From Gemmatimonadaceae bacterium (GTDB taxonomy: Bacteria > Gemmatimonadota > Gemmatimonadetes > Gemmatimonadales > Gemmatimonadaceae): DNA of 64,000 nt. Under the pieces are notes generated by a model. The model did not search any database and was not told the DNA's origin. It worked only from the letters and a program-made list of their open reading frames with translations. The stretch lies in assembly GCA_044224875.1 (NCBI GenBank), contig JBGAJQ010000016.1, positions 19,975 to 83,974 of the forward strand, given 5' to 3'. The position numbers and the translations under genes were made by a program. Shown here piece after piece: positions 49,241 to 60,251 of this stretch. Within the stretch, counting starts at the first letter, position 1. Every line of letters begins with the position of its first letter.

Positions 49241-50304
49241 CGCAATCCCTGGCCACTGACCGGGACGCGGCGTTCCGCCTCGCCTGTGTGCGGGGCATGG
49301 GGCCAGTCGCGTACCGTTCCGCCCTCGCCCGTGAAGGAGGGGTCGCCGCCGCCCTGGAGCACCTAACGCGGGCCCAGCTGACGGAGGCAACCGCCACCGC
49401 GGACCGACTCCAGCACGGCGCGCAGGCCGCCGGCGCCCGTCTCATCATTCAGGGGGACGCGGAGTATCCGGCGGCATTGCTCGATCTTCCGGACCCTCCG
49501 CCATACTTGTTCGCGTTAGGAAGTGCGGAAGCCACCACGGCGCCGACGATTGCCATCGTCGGCACACGCAGTCCCACGGGCTACGGAGAGCGGATGGCGC
49601 GTAGGTTCGCCAGCGACCTGGCCGCTGAAGGAATCTCCGTGGTGAGTGGAATGGCACGCGGCATCGACGCGGCGGCGCACGAGGCGACGCTAACCGCCGC
49701 CGGCGCGACCATTGCCGTCGTCGCGGGTGGCGTGGACTGTGCTTACCCACCGCGTCACCGGGCGCTCCACGAGGCCATTTCCGCAAAAGGGTTGGTGCTC
49801 GCGGAGGCGCCGTGCGGATCCTCGCCGCGCCCAGGTTCGTTTCCACGGCGCAACCGAATTATCGCCGCGCTTGGTGCGGCAACCATCGTGGTTGAGGCAG
49901 GAGTGCCCAGCGGCGCGCTGATTACCGCGGAACTTGCGAGCGAACTGGGGCGGAGCGTCGGTGCCGTTCCGGGTCCCGCTGACTCGCCGACGAGCCTTGG
50001 CACGAATGGCCTCATTCGCGATGGCGCCGCGGTGATCACATCCATCGCCGACATTCTGCTTGCCGCCGGGCTGCGATCGCGCCGATCGAAGGTCGCGACC
50101 ACCCAGAGTCCCGTTGACTCGGCAGTGGCCGGCCAAGGTGCTTTGGCACAGCAGGTCTGGCAGCGACTCCGCCGTGAGCCGGCCTCGCTCGATGAATTGG
50201 TGGTTGAAGCCGGCGCGACGCCGCGCGACGTGATGCGCGCCCTCACCTCCCTCGAAATGGCTGGCCTGATCAGCGCTGACGCGTCCCGATACGTGGCGAT
50301 CTGA
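49237..50304 (+). CDS. dprA: DNA-processing protein DprA/Smf
   Basis: 'YP..L....DPP', 'IVGTR', 'VVSGMARGID.AAH', 'FPRRNRII', 'SGALITA'; C-terminal wHTH. Confidence 0.92.
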   Translation: MTQSLATDRDAAFRLACVRGMGPVAYRSALAREGGVAAALEHLTRAQLTEATATADRLQHGAQAAGARLIIQGDAEYPAALLDLPDPPPYLFALGSAEATTAPTIAIVGTRSPTGYGERMARRFASDLAAEGISVVSGMARGIDAAAHEATLTAAGATIAVVAGGVDCAYPPRHRALHEAISAKGLVLAEAPCGSSPRPGSFPRRNRIIAALGAATIVVEAGVPSGALITAELASELGRSVGAVPGPADSPTSLGTNGLIRDGAAVITSIADILLAAGLRSRRSKVATTQSPVDSAVAGQGALAQQVWQRLRREPASLDELVVEAGATPRDVMRALTSLEMAGLISADASRYVAI

Positions 50305-50319
50305 AGGTACCTTTCTCGG

Positions 50320-51438
50320 GTGACTGCCGACCACGTCTACGTCCACGTCCCCTTTTGCGCGCGACGCTGCGTCTATTGCGACTTCGCCATTGCCGTGCGC
50401 CGTGAGACTCCTGTGGCGGAGTTCGTCGACCTGGTGGGGCGTGAGGCAGGGCGGCGATTCGGCTCGGCGCAGCCCCAACGCGTGAAGTCATTGTACCTGG
50501 GTGGTGGCACGCCCTCTCGGTTGGGCGGTGATGGCATCACCTCGCTGATCGAGCGGCTCGCTCCCTACTGGGCGATCGATGACGACACCGAGGTGACGCT
50601 CGAGGCCAACCCGGAAGACGTGTTGCCGGCGGCGGCTGCCGCATGGCGCTCCGCCGGCGTGAATCGTGTGTCGTTAGGCGTGCAGAGTTTTTCGCCGGCG
50701 GTGTTGCAGTGGATGCATCGCACCCACGACGTGGCGGCCATCCATCGCGCCAACGAGTGCCTTCGCGCGGCGGGGATTCAGCGCTTGTCCCTCGACCTGA
50801 TTTTCGCCCTTCCCGAGGACGTGGAAAGGGATTGGGCCAACGACCTCGCGCAGGCGTTGACGTTGAAGCCCGATCACCTCTCCTGTTACGGGCTCACCGT
50901 GGAGGAGGGTACTCCGCTGGCGCGAACCCGCCACCGGAGCGGTACGGCGGAAATCGACGAATCCTTGTACGCCGAGCAGTTCCTGATGACCGACGAAGTC
51001 CTGACCGCGTCCGGATACGAGCACTACGAGGTCTCGAACTTCTCACTCCCCGGTGCGCGTGCGGTGCACAACTCGGCGTATTGGTCGCGAGTGCCTTACG
51101 TCGGCCTCGGCCCCTCCGCTCACGAGTACATCGGAGGCATGAGACGCTGGAATACCAGAGAGTATGCGGCGTGGTCTTCGCGGGTAGCGGACGGAGAAGA
51201 CCCGATCGACGGTTCGGAGCAGGTGACGGGCGACGCCGCGTCACTCGAGTCACTGTTCCTGGACCTGCGGACGGACGGCGGTACAGCGTGGGACCCGCGC
51301 GACGCGGAAATCGTCGAATCGTGGCTAAGCCAAGGGTGGGCTTTGGTTAACGGGAACCGAGTTCGCCTCACGGCGCAGGGGTGGCTACGCATGAACGCTC
51401 TGGTCACCGCCTTGACTAAGCGTCGAAGTCGTTACTAG
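50320..51438 (+). CDS. hemW: Radical SAM heme chaperone HemW (HemN-like)
   Basis: 'YVHVPFC...C.YC', 'GGGTPS', 'EANP', 'YEVSNF', HemW signature 'HNSAYW'. Confidence 0.9.
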   Translation: MTADHVYVHVPFCARRCVYCDFAIAVRRETPVAEFVDLVGREAGRRFGSAQPQRVKSLYLGGGTPSRLGGDGITSLIERLAPYWAIDDDTEVTLEANPEDVLPAAAAAWRSAGVNRVSLGVQSFSPAVLQWMHRTHDVAAIHRANECLRAAGIQRLSLDLIFALPEDVERDWANDLAQALTLKPDHLSCYGLTVEEGTPLARTRHRSGTAEIDESLYAEQFLMTDEVLTASGYEHYEVSNFSLPGARAVHNSAYWSRVPYVGLGPSAHEYIGGMRRWNTREYAAWSSRVADGEDPIDGSEQVTGDAASLESLFLDLRTDGGTAWDPRDAEIVESWLSQGWALVNGNRVRLTAQGWLRMNALVTALTKRRSRY

Positions 51439-51441
51439 CTT
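51412..51441 (+). promoter_or_regulatory. Putative sigma70 promoter for hrcA (leaderless)
   Basis: TTGACT-18 nt-TAGCTT, 7 nt before ATG 51449. Confidence 0.5.
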
Positions 51442-51448
51442 TGAACTT

Positions 51449-52492
51449 ATGTCACTTCCTGAGCTCAATGATCGGGAGCGCCGCGTGTTAGAAGCGGTGA
51501 TTCAGAGCTACGTGGAAACTGCGGAACCGGCGGGCTCGCGCGCGCTTACGCGCAAGTTCGGTTTGGGCGTGTCGCCGGCGACGATACGGAACACCATGAG
51601 TGACTTGGAGGCGAAGGGTTACCTGTATCACCCCCATACCTCCGCCGGTCGGGTGCCGACCGATCGGGCATATCGGCTGTACGTGGATTCGCTCATGCGA
51701 CCGGCGAGTGTCCGTGGTGCCGAAGCGGACCGGTTGGCGGAGGAAATCGCTTCGGGCGGAAACGCGATCGAGGTGATCCTGCGTCGGGCGGCACAGAGCC
51801 TGTCGGTGGTGACACAGGAGTTGGGGGTGGCGCTGGGTCCGCGACTCGAACTCGCCGTGCTGGAGCGGTTGGAGCTGGTGCGGGTGTCCCAGGAGCGGTT
51901 GCTGCTGGTGCTGACGCTGGCGGGGGGCGCGGTCCGCACGATTTTCGTGGACGTCCCGAGCCTCGTGGCGGAGAGTGCACTGGCGGAAGTCATGCGGGTG
52001 TTGAATGAGCGCCTGGCCGGCCTCACGTTGCGTGAGATTCGAACTTCGTTAGGCGAGCGCCTGCGGGACGTCGCGACGCATCCGAGCAGCACCGATCTTC
52101 TCAACGTCTTTGTCCAGGAAGGCGACCGGTTCTTCGAGCTGCCGCTGACGGCAGGGGACGATCGCATTGTGCTGGGCCACGCTTCGACGCTGGCCGAGCA
52201 ACCCGAGTTCGCGTCTGGCGAGAACATGCGCCGCCTGCTGGCATTGACGGACACGAACGAGCACTTGGCCAGCTTGCTGCGGCAGCGCACAGATTCGCCC
52301 GGTATTTCCATCACGATCGGGAACGAGCACGGTGACCCGCGACTCGACAGCTTCACCGTGGTGACGGCCGAATATCGCGTGGGAGCGCTCTCCGGCGTCA
52401 TTGGCGTGATTGGACCGACTCGCATGCCGTACGACAAGGTGGTGGCGCTCGTCCGCCACACGTCGCTTCTCGTGACCGACATTCTTCACTAG
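51449..52492 (+). CDS. hrcA: Heat-inducible transcription repressor HrcA
   Basis: 'EP.GS', '[25 protein letters not shown]', 'GVIGPTRM.Y'. Confidence 0.95.
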   Translation: MSLPELNDRERRVLEAVIQSYVETAEPAGSRALTRKFGLGVSPATIRNTMSDLEAKGYLYHPHTSAGRVPTDRAYRLYVDSLMRPASVRGAEADRLAEEIASGGNAIEVILRRAAQSLSVVTQELGVALGPRLELAVLERLELVRVSQERLLLVLTLAGGAVRTIFVDVPSLVAESALAEVMRVLNERLAGLTLREIRTSLGERLRDVATHPSSTDLLNVFVQEGDRFFELPLTAGDDRIVLGHASTLAEQPEFASGENMRRLLALTDTNEHLASLLRQRTDSPGISITIGNEHGDPRLDSFTVVTAEYRVGALSGVIGVIGPTRMPYDKVVALVRHTSLLVTDILH

Positions 52493-52506
52493 CACTGACT
52501 GACCGC

Positions 52507-53658
52507 ATGGCCGACTATTACGCCCTTCTTGGCGTCGAACGATCTGCATCGGACGAAGACATCAAGAAGGCTTATCGCAAGCTGGCGATGAAGTGGCACC
52601 CGGACAAGAACAACGGGTCCGCCGAAGCCGAAGAGAAGTTCAAGGAAGTCACGGAAGCGTACGACGTGCTCCGCGACCCGGACAAACGGGCCACCTACGA
52701 TCGCTACGGCGAGGCCGGACTGCGCGCCGGTGCCGCTGGCCCGAGCGGGTTCCATCACGTGGACCTGTCCGAGGCGCTGAACATCTTCATGCGTGACTTC
52801 GGGGGATTTGGGGGCGGACTCGGCGACCTGTTCACGTCGGGCGGACGTCGCCAGACCACCGGCCCGCGCCCCGGGCAGGACGTGAAGATTTCGGTTCCGT
52901 TGTCGCTGGCGGAGGTGGCCAGCGGCGTGCAGAAGACCTTCACGGTGAAGCTGCTGGACCCGTGTGACAAGTGTGCCGGGACGGGCGCCGAACCAGGCAC
53001 CAAGCCGCAAATCTGTCACACCTGCAACGGCGCCGGAGAGGTACGGCGTGCGCAGCGCTCGTTCTTCGGGCAGTTCGTGAGTGTGGTGCCGTGCCCGATG
53101 TGCTCTGGCGAGGGCAGCGTCGTCACGGCGCCATGCAAGAAATGCCGCGGTGAGGGACGCCTGCGTGGCGAGCACACGATTCCCGTCCAGATCCCGGCTG
53201 GGGTAGCAACGGGCCAGTACATGACGCTGCGTGGTCTGGGGAATGCCGGACCGCGCGGTGGCCCGCGCGGTGACATCCTCGTGGTGTTTGAGGTGGCGGA
53301 TGACAACCGTTTCGAGCGCGACGGGGAGGACCTGTACTGCGAGGTGCTGGTGGCGTACCCGCAGCTCGTCCTTGGCGGCGACGTTGACGTGCCGACCGTG
53401 GGTGGGACCCTGAGCGTCCGCCTACCGGCTGGCACACAGAGTGGCCAGGTGTTGCACCTGCGCGGGCGAGGGCTGCCTCGCGTGAATGGGAGCGGCGCCG
53501 GCGACCTGCACGTGCGCGTGCAGTTGTGGACGCCGGATGCCGTCACGCGGGAGGAGGAAGACCTGATTCGCAAACTTGGCCAGCTGGCCAAGAAGCCGCC
53601 GCAACAAGGGCGATCGAAGGGCTTCTGGTCCAAGATGAAGGATGCGTTAGGCGCGTGA
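52507..53658 (+). CDS. dnaJ: Chaperone DnaJ
   Basis: J-domain with HPD, G/F region, four CxxCxGxG repeats, C-terminal domain. Confidence 0.97.
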   Translation: MADYYALLGVERSASDEDIKKAYRKLAMKWHPDKNNGSAEAEEKFKEVTEAYDVLRDPDKRATYDRYGEAGLRAGAAGPSGFHHVDLSEALNIFMRDFGGFGGGLGDLFTSGGRRQTTGPRPGQDVKISVPLSLAEVASGVQKTFTVKLLDPCDKCAGTGAEPGTKPQICHTCNGAGEVRRAQRSFFGQFVSVVPCPMCSGEGSVVTAPCKKCRGEGRLRGEHTIPVQIPAGVATGQYMTLRGLGNAGPRGGPRGDILVVFEVADDNRFERDGEDLYCEVLVAYPQLVLGGDVDVPTVGGTLSVRLPAGTQSGQVLHLRGRGLPRVNGSGAGDLHVRVQLWTPDAVTREEEDLIRKLGQLAKKPPQQGRSKGFWSKMKDALGA

Positions 53659-54476
53659 GCTGGACTTCCCTTCGTATCCGGTCGCCCGAGCGTCGCGACG
53701 AAGTGATGGCGGCGCTCTTCGCCGCCGGTGCCGAAGGGGTACATGAAGACGGGACCGACCTGGTGACCCACTTTCCGGCGCGCATTCCGGTGGATGACGT
53801 CGTGCGGGCCATCGAGGCACTGGTGCCCGATTGCGACTGGGTCACCTCGCCAACGCCAGACGTGGACTGGTCTGTCGCGTGGCGTGACCGCACTCGCGCC
53901 TTTTCCGTGGGTGCCATTTCGGTAGCGCCCCCATGGCTTGCCGAAGGCTTCGAGACCCATCGCACCGTGATCATCGATCCGGGAATGGCGTTTGGCACAG
54001 GCGACCACGCGTCCACGCGCGGCGCGTTGCGCCTGCTGCAAGGCTGCCTGAACCCCGGCGTCGTGGTTGCCGACCTCGGGGCAGGGAGCGCCGTTTTGTC
54101 GATTGCCGCGGCCAAACTCGGCGCCTCGCACGTGTTTGCGATCGAAGTAGATGCCGATGCCATCGGAAACGCGCGCTCCAATATCGAGCGCAATGGCGTG
54201 CAAGAGAGCGTTCACTTGTTCGAGGGCGATGCGGCCACGCTCCTTCCGCTCGTTGCGCCTGTCGATATCATCGTGGCGAACATTATCTCGTCGGTGTTGG
54301 TGGACCTGCTGTCGGTCATGGCGCGTTGCCTGCCGTCCGGCGGGCGTGCCGTGCTCGCCGGCATCCTCGCGGAAGAACGCGCGTTCATTCTCGAGGTGGC
54401 GCAGGCCGACGGGTGGAACGTCATCGGCGAAGACGAAGAGGAGGGCTGGTGGAGCGTAGCACTGTCACGTCCGTAG
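53655..54476 (+). CDS. prmA: Ribosomal protein L11 methyltransferase
   Basis: '[13 protein letters not shown]', 'DLGAGS..LSI', 'IVANI'. Confidence 0.93.
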   Translation: MSWTSLRIRSPERRDEVMAALFAAGAEGVHEDGTDLVTHFPARIPVDDVVRAIEALVPDCDWVTSPTPDVDWSVAWRDRTRAFSVGAISVAPPWLAEGFETHRTVIIDPGMAFGTGDHASTRGALRLLQGCLNPGVVVADLGAGSAVLSIAAAKLGASHVFAIEVDADAIGNARSNIERNGVQESVHLFEGDAATLLPLVAPVDIIVANIISSVLVDLLSVMARCLPSGGRAVLAGILAEERAFILEVAQADGWNVIGEDEEEGWWSVALSRP

Positions 54477-55207
54477 CCACGTTCTTCGCGCCCGACGAGT
54501 CGTTCGTTCCGGGCGCGACGATTTCGTTGGGCCCGGACACGGCGCAGCACATGATGGTGCGGCGCATGGCGACCGGAGAGCCGATTCGCTTGGTGGATGG
54601 CGTTGGTCACGTGGCCGAGGCGGTGGTAGTACGTTTGGGACGGGGCATGGCCACCGTGCAGATCGATGCCGTCGAGACGATCGCTCCGTACCCGGCCGTG
54701 CACGTGCTGGCGCCCATTGCTGACCGGGACCGGATGTTGTGGCTGGCGGAGAAGTGCGCCGAGTTCGGCGTGACCAGCTGGCGTCCCGTTTTGTGGAAGC
54801 GCTCGCGCAGTGTGAAGCCGAGGGGCGAAGGCCCAACGTTCAACGCGCGCTTGCGAGCGCGCATGGCCAGTGCCGTGGAGCAGAGTGGTGGCGCCTTTCT
54901 CCCGGTCACCTTTCCCGATGCGAGTTGCGAGCGTGCGATCGCCGGTGCACCCGACGGCACGCGACTGGTGTTGGACGCTTCTGGAGATCCCGTAATGGCC
55001 AGCGGCATTGCGTCGGCGCCGGTCACGATTGCTGTTGGCCCTGAAGGTGGATTCGAGCCGAGTGAGTTGGAAATGCTGGAAGCCGGTCACTTTCGCCGCG
55101 TGAGCCTGGGGCCCAGCATTCTTCGCTTCGAAACGGCCTTGGTGGCTGGCGTGGCGATTGCCCGTGCTGCGCTTGCCTCACTCCCTCACGGAGTTCCCGA
55201 TGTCTGA
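54449..55207 (+). CDS. rsmE: 16S rRNA m3U1498 methyltransferase
   Basis: 'H..V.R', 'EKC.E.GV', 'A.EQS', 'VGPEGGF', 'LG..ILRFETA'; SD GAGGAGG before GTG. Confidence 0.92.
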   Translation: MERSTVTSVATFFAPDESFVPGATISLGPDTAQHMMVRRMATGEPIRLVDGVGHVAEAVVVRLGRGMATVQIDAVETIAPYPAVHVLAPIADRDRMLWLAEKCAEFGVTSWRPVLWKRSRSVKPRGEGPTFNARLRARMASAVEQSGGAFLPVTFPDASCERAIAGAPDGTRLVLDASGDPVMASGIASAPVTIAVGPEGGFEPSELEMLEAGHFRRVSLGPSILRFETALVAGVAIARAALASLPHGVPDV

Positions 55208-55538
55208 TTGCCTCTTCTGCCGAATCATCAACCGTGAAATCCCGGCAACGATCGTGGCGGAGAATGAGCACGCACTTGCCTTCCGCGACATCGCACCGCG
55301 CGCCCCTACACACGTCCTCGTCGTGCCGAAGGTACACGTTGCGACAATGGATGAAGCCACCGACGCGCGAGCCCTTGGCGAAGTCCTCCTCCTTGCCGCC
55401 GCTGTCGCGCGACAAGAAGGGATCGCAGGGAGTGGATATCGCACCGTGGTGAACACGAACGCGGGTGCCGGGCAGACCGTTTTTCACGTCCATGCACACG
55501 TACTCGGCGGTCGTGTTTTCGACTGGCCTCCCGGTTGA
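55200..55538 (+). CDS. Histidine triad (HINT) nucleotide-binding protein
   Basis: 'DCLFC.I', 'AFRDI.P.AP.H.LV.PK', 'QTVFHVHAHVLGG'. Confidence 0.94.
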   Translation: MSDCLFCRIINREIPATIVAENEHALAFRDIAPRAPTHVLVVPKVHVATMDEATDARALGEVLLLAAAVARQEGIAGSGYRTVVNTNAGAGQTVFHVHAHVLGGRVFDWPPG

Positions 55539-55578
55539 CGTTGTGATTATGTGTGCCATTGACGAGTTGTTGTTGCGC

Positions 55579-55608
55579 TTGACCTCGGCTATCCAAGTGT
55601 CCTAATTT
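55579..55608 (+). promoter_or_regulatory. Putative sigma70 promoter for rpsU
   Basis: TTGACC-18 nt-TAATTT in an AT-richer intergenic region. Confidence 0.45.
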
Positions 55609-55658
55609 TCCGCACTTGCAGCATTCCCGTGCAACGGATTGAAAGGGGGATACGCAGT

Positions 55659-55847
55659 TTGTCCGAAGTCATCATCCACGAAGACGAGAACTTCGAGCGG
55701 GCACTCAAGCGCTTCAAGAAGAAGTGTGAGAAGGCGGGGATTCTGTCAGACCTGCGAAAGCACAGGCACTACGAAAAGCCGTCGGAGCGACGCAAGCGGA
55801 AGATGAATGCAGCTCGTCGAAAGGGACGTCGCCCGCGTCACGCCTAA
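55659..55847 (+). CDS. rpsU: 30S ribosomal protein S21
   Basis: TTG start after SD AAAGGGGG; '[17 protein letters not shown]...RK..HYEKPSE'. Confidence 0.95.
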   Translation: MSEVIIHEDENFERALKRFKKKCEKAGILSDLRKHRHYEKPSERRKRKMNAARRKGRRPRHA

Positions 55848-56013
55848 CGAACCGCGTCGCCGGTGCACGACCAGAGCATCGCGACAGGGCAGCGTGCCCC
55901 CCGGGTCCCGAGCGGCAAGGGCCCCATTGTACCAGACTTCGTTGACGCCTGACGCTGTGGCAGCCACCGGGAGCCACGCAGGGTAGCACCCCTCTTCTGC
56001 GCACTGCTCCCCG

Positions 56014-58398
56014 ATGAACCGACACGCGCTGCAGGTCCTCGAATTCAATCGAGCGCTCGACGTGGTAAGCGGCTTCGCCTCATCCAGCATGGGTGCAGGC
56101 GCTATCCGGGATCGATCGCCGCAGACCGACCCAGGCCTTCTGGACCGGGAACAGTCTCGCGTGTTTGCGATGATTGCCTTGCTTCGGCACGACATCGGAT
56201 TCGCGATGCCGGCGATCCCCGACGTTGGCCCGGCGCTGGCACGGCTGCGTGTGGAGGGAACGGTGCTCTCCGGCCCGGACATGCTCGGCATTGCTTCACT
56301 GTTGCGGGCCTCGCGTCTGGCATCGGATGCCTTGGCGGACACGCGATACCCCGCGATGTCGCTTGCGCTGCTGGCGGACTACCGGGTCCCGCTGTTTACC
56401 GACCGTCGCGTGGAAGAGAGTGTGGAACGCATTGTGGATGAGGATGGGACGGTTCGCGACGACGCTTCACCGTCGCTGCGCCGTATTCGGCGCGAGTTGC
56501 GCGGTGCGGAGGGAGAATTGATCGCGCTCCTCGAGCGCATCATGGGCAGGTTGGAGGCGCATCATCGAGTTGGTGATGCATCCGTGACGGTGCGCAACGG
56601 CCGCTACGTGATTCCGGTCCGCCGTGAGGCCAGTCGCACCGTTGGCGGAATCGTCCATGATACGTCCTCGACAGGCGCAACCGTCTTCGTGGAGCCCCCG
56701 GCGGCGATCGAGGCGTGCAATCGCATCCGGGAACTGGAGGGGGACGAGGCCAGGGAAGTCGACCGTATCCTGCTGGAACTGTCGGATCGGCTGCGCCCCC
56801 ACGCCGAGGCTCTGCGGTCCACTCTCGATGCGTTGGTGGCGCTGGATGATCTTTTCGGACGGGCGCGCTTCGGCATCGCCTATGAATGTCAGCCAGTCGG
56901 CGTCGCGGGACCCGGAGACGGATTCGAGATTCGTCGTGGCCGACACCCTTTGCTCACGGCGCAGGGAGTGATTGTTGTGCCGTTTGACCTGGCGATGCAA
57001 CCAGACGAACGGACGTTGCTGATTTCTGGTCCGAACACTGGGGGCAAGACCGTCCTCCTCAAGACGCTCGGCCTCTTCTCGGCGATGTTGCAGTGCGGCG
57101 TGCCGCTTCCTGTTGCCGGCGGCAGCCGTGTTGCCGTCTACGACGACGTCTTCGCGGATAGTGGCGACGAGCAGTCGATTGAAGCGTCCCTTTCCACGTT
57201 CAGCGCGCACCTTCGGAATCTCGGCGAGGTGTTGGAGGCGGCGACGGCGCGCACACTGGTCTTGATCGACGAGCTGGGGTCCGGCACTGATCCGTTGGAG
57301 GGCGCCGCCTTGGGCGGCGCCATTCTCGAGGAACTCACCCGTCGTGGCGCGACCACCATCGCCACCACGCACTTGGGCGCGTTGAAGGAGCTGGCATCGG
57401 AAGTGCCCGGGATCGTGAACGCGTCGCTTCAGTTCGACGAAAAGCTGCTCGCGCCCACGTACCACCTAACGAAGGGCATACCTGGGCGGTCCTACGGCAT
57501 CAGCATCGCACGTCGGTTGCGCCTGCCGGAGAGTGTGTTGGACCGCGCGGAAGAACGAGTGCCGCAGGTGGAACGCGATGTCAACGCGTTGTTGCGCACG
57601 TTGGAGGCGCGTGAGACCGAGTTGGCAGTTCGCTTGCGGGACGCCGAACAGCAGCAACAGAACAACACCCAGCGCACCCAACACGTCACGGATCGTGAGC
57701 GGCAGTTGCGAGATCGGGAGCGCGCGCTGGAGCGCGAGTCGCGCAAGGAGGCTCGCCGATATCTGTTGGAGGCGCGAGCCGAAGTGGAGCGCGTCATACG
57801 CGAGGTGCGCGACGGCGCACGAGAGGTCCAGGAGGATGCGGCCAAGCGGGCGCGCCAGCACGTCGAGCAACTTGCGGCGGAGCAGGGAGTGAAGCTGTCG
57901 GAACTGGAGGGGCATGCCCCAGCGCGGCGTGCTCCAGGCCCATCCGAGGCATTGGCGCCCGTGACCGGCGATTGGGTGGCCGTCCAGTCGATGGAGCGAA
58001 AAGAAGGTCGCCTGGTAGAGGTGCGAGGCGAGCACGGCGTGGTGGCCTTCGGCGCAGTGAAAATGACGTTCCCAACGTCGGACCTGCGTCGGTTGGATCG
58101 CTCGACGGCAGGGCCCGATGTCGTGGTCCCCATCCGCGGCGAACTCCCCGACGAAACGGCTCCCAGCGAAATCGACTTGCGCGGCATGCGGGTAGGGGAG
58201 GTCGACGACATCGTGCACCAGGCGGTCGACGCCGCCATTCGGGCGGACCTCCGCTCCTTGCGCATCATTCACGGCAAGGGCACGGGCGCGCTCCGTGATC
58301 GCGTCGCGGAGATGCTGCGAAAGGACACGCGAGTGCGCACATTCCGCCTTGGAGCGTGGAATGAAGGTGGCGCCGGAGTTACGGTAGTGGACTTGTGA
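56014..58398 (+). CDS. mutS2: MutS2 family protein (with Smr domain)
   Basis: 'LEF', 'GIVHD.SSTG.TVFVEP', 'ISGPNTGGKT', 'GDEQSI..SLSTFS.H', 'DELGSGTDP', Smr 'IDLRG..IIHGKGTG.LR'. Confidence 0.95.
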   Translation: MNRHALQVLEFNRALDVVSGFASSSMGAGAIRDRSPQTDPGLLDREQSRVFAMIALLRHDIGFAMPAIPDVGPALARLRVEGTVLSGPDMLGIASLLRASRLASDALADTRYPAMSLALLADYRVPLFTDRRVEESVERIVDEDGTVRDDASPSLRRIRRELRGAEGELIALLERIMGRLEAHHRVGDASVTVRNGRYVIPVRREASRTVGGIVHDTSSTGATVFVEPPAAIEACNRIRELEGDEAREVDRILLELSDRLRPHAEALRSTLDALVALDDLFGRARFGIAYECQPVGVAGPGDGFEIRRGRHPLLTAQGVIVVPFDLAMQPDERTLLISGPNTGGKTVLLKTLGLFSAMLQCGVPLPVAGGSRVAVYDDVFADSGDEQSIEASLSTFSAHLRNLGEVLEAATARTLVLIDELGSGTDPLEGAALGGAILEELTRRGATTIATTHLGALKELASEVPGIVNASLQFDEKLLAPTYHLTKGIPGRSYGISIARRLRLPESVLDRAEERVPQVERDVNALLRTLEARETELAVRLRDAEQQQQNNTQRTQHVTDRERQLRDRERALERESRKEARRYLLEARAEVERVIREVRDGAREVQEDAAKRARQHVEQLAAEQGVKLSELEGHAPARRAPGPSEALAPVTGDWVAVQSMERKEGRLVEVRGEHGVVAFGAVKMTFPTSDLRRLDRSTAGPDVVVPIRGELPDETAPSEIDLRGMRVGEVDDIVHQAVDAAIRADLRSLRIIHGKGTGALRDRVAEMLRKDTRVRTFRLGAWNEGGAGVTVVDL

Positions 58399-60223
58399 TC
58401 CCAGACGAAGACGTCGAACGCGTTCGCGAAATGGCGGACATTGTCGCCATTATCGGCGAGCATGTCGCGCTCAAGAAGGCGGGAGCCGATTTCCGCGGCC
58501 CGTGCCCATTCCATCAAGGCACGCACAGGAACTTCTCCGTTTCGCCGCGTCGGCGCATGTATCACTGCTTCGTTTGCGGGGAAGGCGGAGACGTCTTTGC
58601 CTTCCTGCAGAAGCGACTCGGCGTGGACTGGCCGACGGCCGTTCGGATGGCGGCGCAAAAGAGCGGAATCGAAATACGGGAAGTGCATGCCCGACGCGAA
58701 GGCCCTGACCCTCGCGAGCCGCTCTGGGAAGTGAACGGCGCGGCTCAGGCCTACTTCGAAAAAGTGCTGTGGGAGGATGCATTGGGTCAGGCGGCGCGCG
58801 AGTATCTCGACCAAAGAGAAATTTCTCGCGAGCTTGCAGCGCGTTTTGGAGTGGGATTCGCACCCAGGGAGATTGGACTCATGCGAGCCGCGCTCGGCGG
58901 GCTCGGATTTGACGACGAGCGCCTGCTTGCTGCTGGACTCATGGTGCGCCCGGAAGAGTCAAACGAACCGCGTCCACGTTTTCGCGGCCGTCTGATCTTT
59001 CCGATTCACGACGGCGGCGGTCGAGTGGTCGGGTTTGGTGGCCGGCTCATCGGGCCCGGCGAGCCCAAGTACTTGAACACGGGCGAGACCGCCGTCTTCA
59101 GCAAGGGAAAGCTGCTGTACGGGCTGCACATGGCACGGAACGCCATGCGGCGAGCCGAGCGCGGGCTGGTGGTCGAAGGATATGTCGACGTGCTGCGACT
59201 CGTCGGTGCGGGGATCGAGGAAGTCGTCGCGCCGCTGGGAACAGCGCTCACTGCTGAGCAGGCCGCGCTCTTGACCCGCTACACGAAGAACGTCTTCCTT
59301 CTGTACGACAGCGATAAGGCTGGATTGAAGGCGACATTTCGTGCAGGCGATGCCTTGCTGTCATGCGGCGCGTCCGTGCGCGTGGTGAGTCTTCCCGAGG
59401 GGGAAGACCCCGATACGTTCGTTCAGAAGCAGGGGGCCGAGGCGTTGGAGCGGCAGATGGACGGGGCGATCGACGTGTTCGAGCGGAAGGTGCAGCTGCT
59501 TCAGCGGGGAGGCTGGTTCGCAGACCTGCATCGGCGTCGTAAGGCGATCGACCGGTTGCTGCCTACACTTCGCGCCGTGAGTGACCCATTGACCCGCGAC
59601 ATGTACGTTGGGCGAGCCGCCGGGGTTGGGTCAGTTGAGTCGCCGGCTCCTGTGGAGCGAGGTTGGCGATGGGCCACATGAACGCAGCAGCGCCGCTCGC
59701 ACGCGTCCAGTGCCTGAGGCCGACGCCGCATCGCCGCCTTTGCCGCGGAGCGCGGCATCTCGCCGCGCATCGCGGTCCTCGGCGCGCGTGGTGCGCGGGC
59801 AGGGAACTGCGGCGGAGCGAGAATTAGTGCGGGCAATGCTTCAGGTTCGCAAGTATGTTGAACAGGTGGCCGAACGCGTCGGTCCCGAGGAGTTTAGGGA
59901 TCCGCGCTACCGGGAGATCTTTGAGACGTTGCTGGAGGCAGGACCGGATCGGATGGCCGGACGAACTGGCGGCCGCGTTGTCTTCGGACGCCGTCGAGGA
60001 ACTGGATACATTGCTTTCGGAGCCTGAGGCGATTCAGGACTTCGAGCGAACGGTTCGAGATTGCCTCACGCAGCTCGAACTGCGGCGGTTACGCGAGCGA
60101 AATATCGAGATCGATCGATTGGTGATGGCCGCAACGTCGGAAGAGAAGGATCGCTTGGTGGAAGAAAAGCAGCGGAACAGGAACGAAATGCGTCGACTGT
60201 CGGATGGCGGATCGTCCGCTTGA
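58395..60223 (+). CDS. dnaG: DNA primase (two apparent frameshifts at about 59630 and 59950)
   Basis: CHC2 Zn finger 'CPFH..YHCFVC', 'FRGRLIFPI', 'KYLNT', TOPRIM 'VEGYVD..D.D.AG', 'DPD'; C-terminus continues in ORFs 59608-60027 and 59855-60223. Confidence 0.93.
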
Positions 60224-60251
60224 GGCACTGGGCACGAGGCCCCCTGGAGGA

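Noticed and set aside
52489..52497. CTAGCACTG resembling a CIRCE half-site at the hrcA-dnaJ junction
   Set aside because: No matching second arm 9 nt downstream.
57646..57669. CAG/AAC-rich run encoding EQQQQQNN in MutS2
   Set aside because: Short low-complexity stretch in a coiled coil, not a contingency repeat.
59608..60030. Programmed ribosomal frameshifting in dnaG
   Set aside because: No slippery heptamer seen, two shifts would be needed, and similar indel clusters elsewhere point to sequencing error.
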